DNA of 64,000 nucleotides from Camelus dromedarius (lineage: Eukaryota): NCBI RefSeq assembly GCF_036321535.1, contig NC_087441.1:10788001-10852000 (forward strand), written 5' to 3'. Numbering within the stretch: position 1 is the stretch's first letter; every line of letters begins with the position of its first letter. Below, piece after piece: positions 1-12,810 of this stretch. The position numbers were made by a program, and so were the translations under genes. Below the pieces are notes generated by a model. It ran no database searches, was not told the origin of the DNA, and saw only the letters and a list, made by a program, of their open reading frames with translations.

Positions 1-1325
1 AATTATGTTGGCTTCAATACAAAAGATTTGTTAAGAAACAACTCTATATGGGACTAGGCACTTTAAGTGGCTGGAAAAAATGCTTGAATGGAGACAGTGC
101 TTGCCCTAAATAGGACCAAGTGAGACACCCAGGCGAGACCTTCTTCCTCTAAACGCATCTCCCTCTGAGATGCTCTCCTCTCTGATTCCATGCTGGGAAT
201 ACAAGTTTTTGGGTCTTGGTCCCATAACACTGGCAGTTCTTTTACAATAAGGAGAAAGGCATGTCCCCTGTCTACTCCGTGCTCAGGCAGAGCCTGGCAG
301 AATTTGGTCACTAAAAAGTATTATTCCAAGTATCTTCCTCCAGTTATTCAAATGCAAAGAAGATTCACCAATGGGGACCGTGGAGAGTAGATTGAAGGCC
401 AATAGAAACATGGACTAAACAGAGAGCTTCAGAGGAAAAACCAACATAACGTTTGGGTCCAAACAGATTACATAAACTAAGAAACAAAAAAAATGTCAAT
501 TTTATCAATTAAAAAAAAGGAACAAGTAACAAATCATAAAAAGAAAATAAACATATTACAATGACTAGAATGTAATCAGCTTGAGTCATTTTAAGGAAAA
601 TAATTGTGTCAATATATCTAATAAGAAATAGTCTTTCTACAGAGATATTTTTTGATCATTATCTAATTATCGAGTTCCTATGGTAAAAGATAAAATAAAA
701 GACAGGAAGGAACTCTAAGACATGAGCACAGTCTAAAAAGAGCTCAAAGCCAAGTTCAAATCCAGGCAAATGAAAATGCAAGAATTAAATACTACAAAGT
801 GATTTGGGTAATACTGACCCTTAATCGTTAAACTGAAGGTAAAGCAATCGAGTAAGGTTGTTTCAAGAAAGTTATTAGTTCTTGAAGGCTGGGTGGGATT
901 TACACAGTCAGAGAGGAGGGACTGGGGGAGGAGGGGTGAAGGGGAGTGGACCAGGTGGGTGAAAAGCTGAGAGCAAAGACCCGAGATGAAAAGAACTGTT
1001 ACATGAATCATAAATTAATCAGCTCAGAACAGCACTCAGCACACAATAAATTCATTGTGTTGCTATCATCGCCATCCTTCCAAATTTCTCGTCGATTCTT
1101 ACATTCATTCCTTTTCATTACTTTGGCATCTCTCCCTACTATTAACACATCTTTTCAACCCGCTAACATGAATAAATAGAAATGAAGAAAGAGAAAGGAA
1201 GCTCGGAAACTACCGTCATAATTTCTGAAAATGTATAGAAAAAATTATTAGGCCCAAAGATACCGGAGTGAACTAGGCAAGGACAGACAAGGCGGTTCTC
1301 TAGCGAGGGTGTTCCTTGCGCTTAC

Positions 1326-1404
1326 CGAAGTCAGAAACGCCCCCGGTCTTCGTCAGCTGCACGTCATAGACGTTCAGTGGGAAGACTTCTATCTCATCAT
1401 AAAC
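1326..1404 (-). CDS. TIAM2: TIAM2 coding exon c10 (79 nt; VYDEIEVFPLNVYDVQLTKTGGVSDF-G), start of PDZ
   Basis: Translated by hand. Acceptor ggtttttaccttgtgtag|GTT; donor TTCG|GTAAGC; phase 0 to 1. The next exon lies outside the window. Confidence 0.94.
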
Positions 1405-1584
1405 CTACACAAGGTAAAAACCACGAAAATCAGAGGATTTAATGTCATAGTATCTTGGAAATTTATTTTGTTTCCCAACTAGATGCCAAATTCGAACAGA
1501 ATTTTCCCCAAAAATTACATATTCTAAAAGTAAAGGGCCAGGATGGGGTTCAGGTGTTCCCCTCTGAAGCCAGTGTCCACTTGC

Positions 1585-1689
1585 CTGGTCTTGCATGTAT
1601 TCATACGGCGCAGGGATACAGTACTCAGTGTTTTCAGCTACTACTTTTCGAAGCTGAAGGCCATAGTGGCTGGGTTCCAGCTGCCTCAT
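1585..1689 (-). CDS. TIAM2: TIAM2 coding exon c9 (105 nt; MRQLEPSHYGLQLRK...PYEYMQDQ), RBD, GC donor
   Basis: Acceptor ctgtcactttctttatag|ATG; donor CAG|GCAAGT (GC-AG consensus); 35 codons. Confidence 0.94.
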
Positions 1690-2640
1690 CTATAAAGAAA
1701 GTGACAGTTATCCAGATGTTAAGTGTTCCTTCTAAATTCATCACTGCTCATTAAAAATCAAAGTGGGAATTTCTAAAAGAAATCTCTTGTGTAATGCGCT
1801 GAGTTTAAACCTATCTAAGAGCTCAAATTTAAATATGCAAAAACAATGAAAGGAAGGACAAGTAATTATTTTTCAGAAGGTTTTCTCTCGATACTGCTTA
1901 TCACTAAAGGCAAGGATGTATTCTGAAGAGGGTACAGTCATGGATATCTGATGGTAGAATGCATCTCAGCCAACGGTCTCTTCTCACAGATTCGTTGTAC
2001 GTAACTTTAGGTTGTTTCCTGTTACTAACGTAGAGAAATCTGTGAAATGTGAGCAATTTCATATTCCACAGACTTCAGAATGAGGAATTTCCTACTCCAA
2101 CAACTTTTCCCCAGGAAAAGGTGCACATACCTACACATTGTCTCTCATTCACATTTTCAACAATGAGAAATCATCTCAGGCTGGGCGATGCTCTAACTGG
2201 ATCTAATCCACTAACGACTTCTCACCTCCTCTATCAGAACATTTCCCAACTTAATAACTGGTATCTTTGCTATAGAACAACACTGCTGGCTGTTTGAATA
2301 AAAATCTTATATGATGGAGTAAAAGAAATTTAAATTCAAAAGAATGTAAGCTGCATATAAGCCTTAAGTTAAAGTGACAAAAGAGGACTAAAATTAAAGA
2401 TTATCCACATCTAGCAAGTATCCCTGCTAAAGAGTTACCAAGCTCTACATGCCTTTTTTTTTTTTTAACCATTTCATATATTTGCATTTTCTCTGAAAAC
2501 TTTAAAAAATATTTCAGCTCTTCTACGCCATCTGGTGGTCTGAAAGCATCCACTCTGATTCTGCTGAGTCTGTTTCAGTGATCTCTGAGGGCTCTCCTGA
2601 AAATGTACCATAAACTTCCTTTTCAGAAATAAAACCCAGT

Positions 2641-2758
2641 GGGGACGGCACAGCTCAGTGGTAGAGTGCATGCTCAGCATGCACAAGCCCTGGGTTCAAT
2701 CCCCAGTAGCTCCACTATAAATAAATACATTAAAACCTAATTCCCTCCCCCCTAAAAA
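2641..2758 (+). mobile_element. tRNA-derived SINE (camelid vic-1-like) with perfect 16-bp TSD
   Basis: A box AGCTCAGTGGTAGAG, B box GGTTCAATCCC, A-rich tail; AGAAATAAAACCCAGT at 2625-2640 and 2759-2774. Confidence 0.9.
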
Positions 2759-3217
2759 AGAAATAAAACCCAGTTTGAATAATGAATAAAACACCATCTC
2801 ATCACAATCTCCATGAACCAACTATGAGTGGTACCAACTTCCTCGTTTAATCTAGAGAAACTTGATAAAATGGTTTGGGGTGAACTCAAAACTACTTAGA
2901 AGTTTCTGCCACTCTCTCATAGAACACCATCTCTAAGTAACTTCCATAGCAACAGACTTCATAACTTCATAACCTGGTATAAAGCTTTATGTAGAATTTC
3001 AGTAAGATAGCTCAAGTTCTTCATGAAGGCAAGGGGTCATGACCTAACCCATTCTCCTAAGACGTGGAAGAGGAAATGTTAATTAACAAACATGTTCATT
3101 TGTTCCTCCGTGGAGAAAGTGAGGTCTTACACACCACACGAATTTAGAAGGCACAGGAGGGCAATGTTAACTGAGTACTTCCATTCAGAAGTTTGTTTCT
3201 TCAGCAAAGCCCATTAC

Positions 3218-3379
3218 CTTGCACGCCAAAGTCAGAACGTCTTCCACTCTGTGTTCTGGCTTGATCATCACAGTTACCGCTTGATGGTCCTGGAAGTGAA
3301 CGTCAGCCTGGCTTTCCCACGTGCTGTCTCGGGGAACACCGTCTACTGCCGACCCGTATACGTGCAGCAGGTCACCCAC
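3218..3379 (-). CDS. TIAM2: TIAM2 coding exon c8 (162 nt; VGDLLHVYGSAVDGVPRD...EDVLTLACK), start of Ras-binding domain
   Basis: Acceptor ...ctaaaagcag|GTG; donor AAG|GTAATG; 54 codons. Confidence 0.95.
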
Positions 3380-4441
3380 CTGCTTTTAGATCCCAAAAGA
3401 GAAGGCAGACAGATTTGATACACAAACGAGGGAAATGACTGAAAACATGTCCCCTTGGTGTATGGTGTATTTTACAGTGAGCCCTTTCACCCCTCCCATC
3501 TCTGGCTTCTCGTGACCCTCCGGGGCAGACAAGCCTGGGGTGTCCTCATTTGTTCAACTCACATGAAACGGAAGCCCTGGGAGGCTGAGAGAAAATAACT
3601 TCCCATCCCACGTTCCAGCCACTATGCCATTTTGCCTCTCAGCCTGAATTAGAGCATGGCAGCTGATGGAAGGACAGCTTGGTGCAGACTCGTACTGCCC
3701 CGGAGCCGCCAGCCCACAAGGGGCACAGTGAAATCTGCGTCTGAGCCACGATTCGGTGAACTTCAGCTACTGGCTAATCCACGGCCACTAACGCCTGCCT
3801 GCATCCCACCATGAACTGCAGTTACCTGATTCCAAGCACATTTCTCTTCGCTCTTACTCCTATTTGTTTTTTAAAATTAACCCCTAATCCTGACTTAAAT
3901 GTTTTCCCATCCTTCAGCTATTTCATATCCAGAAGCATTTTTATAAATCATTCCCAAACAGACCACCTTTCAGAAACTTTTCCCAAAGAAATGTGGTTTC
4001 CTAAACTTTACCGTCACAGTAATCCAACGACGTCAGGCTAATAGGTACTATTATGATTTACAAACAAAAATAGTTAACATTTATGAAGCAACTCAGAAAT
4101 GTTTCCCTCTGGCTAGGTTCTTACATGAGTCTCGTGGTAAAGACAAGACTTGGGGATTTGAAACCAAAAGGTGTTCAAGTACCACTTAACCAGCAGCAGG
4201 ACATTTCCCTTGCTGAACCTTGTCTCCTATTTTGTAAAAGGGGATATTATTAATATAATAGAATTGCTTACATTTATTAATAATACAAATTTTTGTGAGC
4301 AAAGGAGATCCTGTATGTGAAAACACCACACACATCAGAAAATGTTACATAGTGATCCAACGCTATCATATTATTATATCCCACCCATCATACCTTGAAG
4401 TCATCACTGACTGGTGATTTTATTTGAATTCCATGCATTTA

Positions 4442-4444
<3 letters not shown>

Positions 4445-4490
<46 letters not shown>
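4445..4490. repeat. (AC)n microsatellite
   Basis: Perfect AC run of about 23 units. Confidence 0.98.
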
Positions 4491-4493
<3 letters not shown>

Positions 4494-7400
4494 GCAAAAG
4501 ATCCTCCTGTATACGATTAAAATACTAGAATACAGACATTAAAGAAATTGGAAAGAGCAGGTTTAGGCAAAGAAAGGAAAGAATCAATCTTCCTGTGTGG
4601 TCTTTTTTAAATGTGTTGCTCATCTTTGAAGTGACATTTCTGGATCTGTCATGGATCTGTCACTTTCTGTACATTTTCCTGGAAAGATGATCACAGCCCA
4701 GAATGGATATGAATCTCACGTGCCAAAGGGAGAAGAAGAGAGAGACAGAGACAGAGACAGAGGAGGAGATGCCCAGAGCCAAGGACACAGCGAATCAGCA
4801 CGGACACCACTTCCCCCTGAAAGGTCCTATCTCACACGGGTCACATTTTCTTCCCTGGTTAAACCTCCAGGCACTTTGGTTCCTCTGAACAGTGATTTCA
4901 ACCAGGTGCATCAGCAAAGGGCAGGTACTGCCTTAAAGGCACAGACCCCACCTCTCAAACTGCTGTCCCTCAGAATCAAACTCAAAGCCCAGCAGAGGTC
5001 ACTGTGGAGCAAGAAACCACAAGAGCCAAGCCAAGAGGAAGTCAAATCGTCTCAATCACCACTGCAAAGCAATTTGTTCTGTGCTTCTAGAGCAGACCAG
5101 GGAAAAACATGGCTGAAGATGGAAACTAGGGGAGGGAGGTGGGAAACACGAACCCCCAACTCCCCTTGCCTGCCCTCCTGTTCCCATCCCTACAGAGCAC
5201 CCCAGAGAGACGGTACCACACGCCGTCAGTTCACTCACTGTTCACAGCCCTCGGAGGGAGGCACAGTCCTCACCCTCCATCTAACAGGTGAGAATAACGA
5301 GGCTCAGAAATTCTAGAAACTTGCCCCAGCTCTCATAGTGAGCTGTGGCTGTCGAACTGGGGGGATGTGAACCCTGGAAACCGGCCTGAGCCTGCGCTCC
5401 CCACCAGGGCACGTAGAACTATCAGCCTGGCGGTGACCTCCCAGAACACGGACACAACCCAACTTTCTTGACTCCTTTCAGTTTTTCTATGACGCACACC
5501 GTGTTCTGGTGAACACAGTGGCTCCCCTGACCCGAGAAACAAGAAACACCATCTTGCCTCCAGACCCCCAGTCGTTTCCACCTCCTTCCATGCTTTACCT
5601 TCCTCACAGCAACTGTGCTGAAACCACATAGATCTTTCAATCTTATTTCAAATGCTACCTCCTCTCATTTGAAGTCCCTCTTGCTCTCTCCCCGTCTTCA
5701 ACCCCAATTCCGCTCAGTTAGATGTGTCTACTCTCCTACGTGCCTGTACAGCACAGAGCTACACCCAGCTCACTGGAGACTCATTTTTAGGCTGCTCACA
5801 TGCCCCCCACCCCAACAAGTGCTGAAATGAATGACCAGCAGAGGACCTGACTTTCCCATTCTCAGTCTCCTTCACCCTTAACCCAGAGCACCCAGCACCC
5901 AGAACACACCCAACCCACGGGTGTAGAATTGGATGCAACCAGAAATTCAGATGCTTGGAAGGTAAAAGTTGTTCATTTTCAGCATCTTATTTGAATCTGT
6001 TTACACAGTGTTTCAAGAAGACAAATTAACAGGATTACTGAAGGGGAAGAAAAACTAGACAGGACAAAAGTGTGCAGGCAAACGGGAAGATGGAAAGAAG
6101 AACAAAAGAAATATTCATAGTCTATCAGCGACACAAGGCCGTGTGCCTGCAGCTGCTCGGAGGAACCATTTCCCGAGTCTACGCTGTTGACCTAAGATCT
6201 AGTGAAGACCTAGTGAGGGACGGGAAGATGCCCGTCAAAGCCGAGGCCGTGGAAGACTCAGATCCTCTAAGAGCTGCTACAGAGAACATTTACATGTAAT
6301 TTTTCCCTGTATGTTACACACACACACCCCCCAGAAGTGTGTGCAGTTAAAGAAAGTGGAAGTCTGGCTATTCAAAGAAAAAATCAAGAATATGGAATTG
6401 ATTAATTCCTTAATTCAAACTAGGAAAAGAAAAGGCTACTTGGTGCTTACAGATCTCCAAGGCTGTTGGAAGCTTTGCCGACTTGGAGAAAAAACTCGAC
6501 TGATTGCCTCAAGGGTCAATGTTATCCACGCTGAAAGCACATGCTTTATTTTCAATAGGCCTAAGAATTTTCATAAAAGGAACAGAGAATCATGGAAATA
6601 AGCACACAGGCTGAGCTGTCTGGAAAACCCTTTTCTCAGCTTACACTTAAAGGTGCCACGTTAACGTCCTCTTTTAGCCACCCACCCAGAAGTCCCCGGT
6701 CCGCTACTTCTGTCAGGACTGTTGCACACCCCTCCCACCCACTCCGTCTCCCCCTCCTCCTAAAAATTACTTTCTAATCAGCCTGTTCAAGGTTTCCAGT
6801 TCCTGGAGGAGACAAATGAGGCAGCAAAAATACAGTAAACAGACAATCTGGGTAAAATCCCAGACTGGTCAGGGCTGGTTATCTCATGTCTCTATGCTTC
6901 AATTTCTTCACCTTTAAAAGGGGCTAAAGCATGGTAGCCTCGTGGAGAGGTCAGGAATGGTGTGAGGAATGGCCTTTGAAAGGATTACATGAACTATAAA
7001 GGACCATATCAATATAAGAACTTTTTTGAAGTTCAGAGTGGATTGTGGAATTACACCTTCGGAGGCTTGACCACCATAATTAACGGTGGCCACTACAAAG
7101 AACTGCATGAGAATCACCCCTCGTTTTAAAACCCCGGGGAACCATGGTGACTACCGATGCACAGAGTGCCACGTGGTCCAGCTCTGAGAAGCCATCCATG
7201 AAACAGCCACATCACTGGATGGCAGCCTTGGCCACCACAGACACTACAGTGAAGGTCTGCAAATCACTGCGGCCCTCCTTGTAGGGCAGCTTCTACAGAA
7301 GCATTTCTTATTACTATGACATCAATGGTCTTGAAAGCACATGTCAAATTACTTCTGCTCAGTGCACCTCCAGGAGAGGAAACTGAAACTCCGTGGGTTC

Positions 7401-9921
7401 TCACAGCAGATGCCTTTGGATCGAATGGCTTGTAATTACTACTTGGATCACAGAAGGGAAGTGAGTTGCACAATCACAATGTGGCTGTCACAAATGGGCC
7501 CGCATCACAGTCGCTGATAAAAGGAAGGTCTATTAGCAAGTGAGATGAGGGGACAACACAAAAGGAGTGACGCGCTCTTGGTTGTCTTAACGCAACAAAA
7601 TGTCACAGAGGAGAAGGTGTCTATTTCCTTCTTGGGCTGATGCCCAAACATCAGTTGATATAAAAGGAAAACAAAGGCCGATCTATGCGCTATCCATCTG
7701 CATCTGCATGTACGTTCTGTGGGGTTCCATACTGAACGTTCTCTTTAAATAAACAGGCTACTGTGTTATGGTCAAGGGTAAGGGTTCCATTCATAGTTTC
7801 CATTAAAAAAAAAACCCAACATTAGCATATTTTTCCCCCCAGTTTGGAGCCAGTGACTAATGTGACAATACTTCATTCACTCACTGCCTCAGAAAGTCGG
7901 GACACCTCAAGCCAACTTTCCAGGGGACAGAGCCAAGGCCCAGGGCTCCACACTTTCTGCAGTGACGCTTCTGGGGTAGCTGCCGCCCAGAGCCTCAGCG
8001 GGGGATTCGTTGTCACAATCTCCATAACAAACACCTCCCCTCAAATGCTGGGGTGGATTCGTTATTACTCGTCAAGAAGTACCTTATGAAAAGCTTCCAT
8101 TTTGGGCTAGCCAAAGTGTCCTTTAAAAAATGCTCAAAGAAGACTGGCTTTATTCCATCCCCAACAGATCTCAAATGAGGGTGACTCACTGTTGGACTGT
8201 TACATGATGCACCAGTTAGAAAGGAATATTTTTAAATGCCCGTGACCCCCGCCCTCCCTCCCCGCACTCAGGAGTGACTGCCTTTCTGTGTTCTGCTACT
8301 GGACATAATATACTGATGGTTTACAAACAGACCAGTTTGTGCAAGTTATAAATAGTCTCCAAGAACAATTAGCAGAGGAAAACTCCTGAAATGAAATACT
8401 AATTATTCAACCAGCTACAGGCAGAATTTTTAGTCCCAGAGATATAAAAAACAAAATACCCTTAATTCTATCTGCAACTCCATTTAAACCTAGTTATCTG
8501 AGTACCACAGTACAGAAATGATAAACACACCATTAAAATAGCCCTTAATGTCAAAGGAATTTCTTCAGTGTTGCTACGCCAGAAGCAATGTTTAGTTAAA
8601 ATAAATAGGGATAAATGTTTAAATGCACATGCTTTAAAAAACAGATGCAATAAAACTTTCCTCTCACCCGTTACAGCGCCAATGGGGTTTGTCGATTAAA
8701 TCATAAGATCATTTGGTAATCTGAGCCCAACTTAAATGAGCGCTAAACTTAATTCTGACCATTAATGGCTATTTTAGCAGAATTTATTTTCAAAGTCCAA
8801 CAGAAGTTCTGTTAATAGAAAGTGCTTTGATGATACAATTTCTAAACACTCAGAGTAGGAATTTTAAATTGTTATTTAATGCTGGAAGAGATAACGACCT
8901 TAAAATTATGGTTTTTTACTACAAATCAAACAGCTCTTCTCAACCATTAAAAGGCCACATCTAATATAGGCAATTCATAGGCAAATTTATTAAGCAACTC
9001 TATGTCCTTAACAGTGAGCACTGGATTGAGAATATATACATAATCAAGGGTCCTAATTACAAGCTCGCCTGGGAGACACGACATACATACTTGGTGGGAT
9101 GACTAACTGTAAAAGATAGTAAGAACCAAGCAAATAATACTGATACAATTTTTTTTTTAAATCAAGTAAAATCCCTGGTGGATGGTGTCATTTGATCTGG
9201 ACTTGGGGATAAGCCCTGCATGTGCACAGAGATAAAGGGGCAGGGAATGGAAGTTATTTATTATGAAAAGTCTACCATTTTGAAGGTTTTGATTTATAAA
9301 AAGGAAGGTTTGGCTCTGGCGTCCTCAGGCCGGTTTGGTGAAATCTGGCAAAAGGAGCACATGGAGACCACCCAGGAGCAGCACCCTAGAAAGGCACCCC
9401 CCCCCCCCGCCCCCTGCACAGCCACCTCATCCATGCCCTGCCCTCTCACAGCCCCTGACCTCTGAGGATGGGAGGTGAGCAGGACAGGGTTTTGAGCTAA
9501 GGTTTCTACCCCATTTCAGGACAGCCCAGGCACAGCTTCCCCCCAGGAGCAGTCTCAACAGTAACCCTGGCACGGCCTTGGTACCCAGGGTTGGGCCAGC
9601 CTCCCGTGGAGGCAGAAGAGGTGGCTGTCTACGTTGTGTAATTTTAGGATCACCAGAAAGCTCCTCAGTCACCTCCACCAGGGCCCGTCACAGCGTCTGA
9701 CATTCCACCATTCTTCAGTTCTTTCCAACTAAATTGCCAATTCACTGAATTATCCCAGTTAATTTGTTAAATGGAACTGCCTCTTTCTGCAGAAGCATAT
9801 TAAATCTGTCCAAGCCCTTAAAATCAGGTTTCAGCCTCAACGATGGTTTAGAGGTTTATTGGACATGAAGCCCAAGATAAAATGATTTGGAGAGGAAGAT
9901 GATAAGAGAAATAAATTGTCG

Positions 9922-10066
9922 AGGGGAGGGTGTAACTCAGTGGTAGAGGGCATGCTCAGCATGCACAAGGGCCCAGGTCCATCCCCAGGACCTCCATTAA
10001 ATAAATAATTAAATAAATGAACTTAATTACCTCTCCCCCTCCCCACAAAACAACAACAACAACAAA
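9922..10066 (+). mobile_element. tRNA-derived SINE (vic-1-like)
   Basis: GGGGAGGGTGTAACTCAGTGGTAGAG...CCCCAGGACCTCCATTAAATAAATA, (CAA)n tail. Confidence 0.85.
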
Positions 10067-10289
10067 AAGACAGAAAGAGATCATAACGTGAAACACAGCT
10101 TTAAGGGGAAGGTGTGGATTTGAAAAAGATGCAAAGAAGCAGCATAAGCTCACCCCGGCCCCCTTCACCCTACTTCAGAATTCCATCCAGAAGTGGTTCT
10201 GAGGATTTGCTCAGTCAGAAGTCATTCTGGGGACTGGAAGGGGGCCCCCGTGCTCGGCTCCACTGAGGACACTTAGGATGTGCTGTGTG

Positions 10290-10292
<3 letters not shown>

Positions 10293-10327
<35 letters not shown>
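10293..10327. repeat. (TG)n microsatellite
   Basis: Perfect TG run. Confidence 0.98.
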
Positions 10328-10330
<3 letters not shown>

Positions 10331-10657
10331 GATCCCTAACATCCTGAGAGGAAAATGTAAGTCTAGATTCATTAAACTCTCAAATGAAGGGCAAGTACTG
10401 CTGAGGAACAGGGACAAGCAAACGAAAGCTGCAGTTCTGACTCCCGTCCAGCTAGGCTGCTTCTAAGGCGGAGTTGTCGTGAGTTCAGATACCTGCAGAA
10501 ATACTTGGTGTTTTGAGAGTATCTGTTACCTACTCGGGACCGTTTAAACTCTGAATTTACTCTCCACGGACGCACGTGGAGACCCTGAGCTAGCATCCCC
10601 GACTTGACACTTGTGTCATCCAAGTACACAATGGCAGCCGCTCTCAGCCGCACTTAC

Positions 10658-10729
10658 CTCACTGGAGCTAGTGGAGTTCTGAGGTAGCTGAGTCCCAGGA
10701 AATCCATGGCTGCCACTTGAATCAAATAT
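10658..10729 (-). CDS. TIAM2: TIAM2 72-nt exon c7 (IFDSSGSHGFPGTQLPQNSTSSSE), probable cassette exon
   Basis: Translated by hand. Acceptor cttttttcccttcctgtctgtcag|ATA; consensus donor GAG|GTAAGT; phase 0 at both ends; resembles the segment I recall between ...SITQ and the RBD in long TIAM2 isoforms. Confidence 0.88.
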
Positions 10730-12309
10730 CTGACAGACAGGAAGGGAAAAAAGACGAATGAAATGGCTCTGCCATACCCATTTGGCAGCTACCCTTTCTC
10801 AATATTTAAAAAATTAAGTTCCAGGACATTTTGTAAGATCTTCATACCAAGCCACAGTTTGTACTATTTACTACTCCACTATATTTAAAAATTTAACTTT
10901 AAAAGAAAAGTTGCTTTTTTTCCTTCCTATACAGTTATACATTTTACTTTTTCTTGTTACATATTATTCAAGACATCCTGGATCTTCTCGATGTTGACTT
11001 TAACCAGGAAGTACACATTTCTCAAGATGCAGAAGAGAAACTGAAGTTCAGTTGGCAAGCCACCAGAATCAAGCTAATAACCGTTTTTAAAATGTGCATA
11101 GAACAAATATTGGTAAGAAATAAAACTAAATATTAAAAGTGGTCGTGCTTGGGTGGAGGGGCTGGGAAAAATTTCCTTTTCCTTCTCCAATTTTTATCTT
11201 CTAGATTTTGTGGGAGAATACTAAACATTAAAGAATAGGCCATTTATGGATACCCACTACACCAACTGTGTTCAGCTATATAAACACCAGCACTACAATT
11301 AGTTTCGTATCTTTAAAGCAAAAATATTCAACCAAATGCTTTTGTCTCAAGAAAGCTTACACTAAGGATATTTACCACATATAATGGGGTAAAGACCATA
11401 TTAGGCTCTTATCTAATCAGCCATATGTCCACATTTAAGAAAAATAAGCAAATATCAAGATATTTATTGTTGCCATTTAATTATATAGAATTGGCTGTCT
11501 TGATTAAAATCAGAATTTTTCTCAAAGACATTATTCAACTGTCACAGACGTTCAGTTCAAAAACATAAGCCCAACGTTAGGCAAGTTATAGTGGACTATC
11601 ATCTATAATAAAGACATATATTTCCATTTATAACCAACAAATGATGACTTTCACAATTAAAGTACAAGCAGAACCACAATTTTTAAATATGCTATTCTTT
11701 CCCATTGTATATGGGTATACAAACACAGCGGCCAAGTAAATGGAGTTTGTGTTTTCACCGTCTTTCAGTCCAACCACCCACTCCACACCACCCCCACTCT
11801 CACTGTTTCAGGTTATAGACAGGTCAGAGAAGTCGATTCTATCCCTGAGATTCATCTAATTCACGGAACTGTTATATACAATCAAGTAAATGTCCATGTT
11901 AACTTAGAAAAGTAAGTTCCATAAAATGTGCCCATATCCCGAACAACAGCACCCAGTCGGAAGCGAAAGCAAGAACTTCCGCAGACGTCACTGCACACAT
12001 TTCTCTCTTCACTTAAAGGATCAGATCATCGTGGTGGTGATAACTCACCTTTTCAATAGTCTTTGAAAAAATAATAATCTTAAGCCACGTCACCCAGCCA
12101 CATAAAACATCATTATCACACACTGTAAAGCGGCAATGGGGGCGAAACTCAGACAAGAGGATTCAAAACGCCCCGAAAGCAATTCACTGTACATGGGCCA
12201 CATTTCGACAGTAAGTGCTCAGGCTATTTTTACTTGATAAAATGTTCAAACAACCGCCCTTCCTCTAGAGAACTAAGCAGCAGCGATGGCGCAGTGCTGA
12301 GGGGAGACC

Positions 12310-12470
12310 AAGTCCCAGCCCTGCCCCTTGGGTGCTGTGCTGACGGGGCAAGGAAGTGACTTAACCTCTCCTGGTCTCAGGCTCCTCACCTCTAAAATGT
12401 GACAACAAACAGCCCACTTTGTGTCACATCGATTAAATCAGCAAGGTGTCTGGCACCAGCAACAGAATTT
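12310..12470 (+). mobile_element. MIR
   Basis: gtcccagccctgcc...ggcaaggaagtgacttaacctctc...tcaggctcctcacctctaaaatg. Confidence 0.65.
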
Positions 12471-12810
12471 AGCTGCTGTTACTGATTGCTATTAATTTTA
12501 CATGTTGATTGTAATATAAAACCAATGACACTTCCAAAGGCAGTGACGTGTGGATTCTTTTCTGACGATTGTTATTTTTGTGTTCCCAAGCGCTGCAGGT
12601 GTGAGCGAGGTGTGAACACCTCTTTGGGAGTGCCGAAAAGAGACTGAGCAACTTGTGTGTTTTCATCTGGGGGAAAAGCCCATGCCAAGACTGCATCCCT
12701 TTGCCCTAGCTTTTATCTCATTTGAAGGATGAGCAACATTTATGTTTTGTGGGATATCCAGGATCTCCCGCTAGGTCTGCTGTCTGTCCCGCCCACGCTG
12801 AGCAGCTTGC

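Noticed and set aside
4651-5316. 221-aa plus-strand ORF
   Set aside because: Runs through a GA/GACA simple repeat and ends in a MIR; its ATG arises from an 11-bp tandem duplication (TGGATCTGTCA x2, 4641-4662); no protein family recognised.
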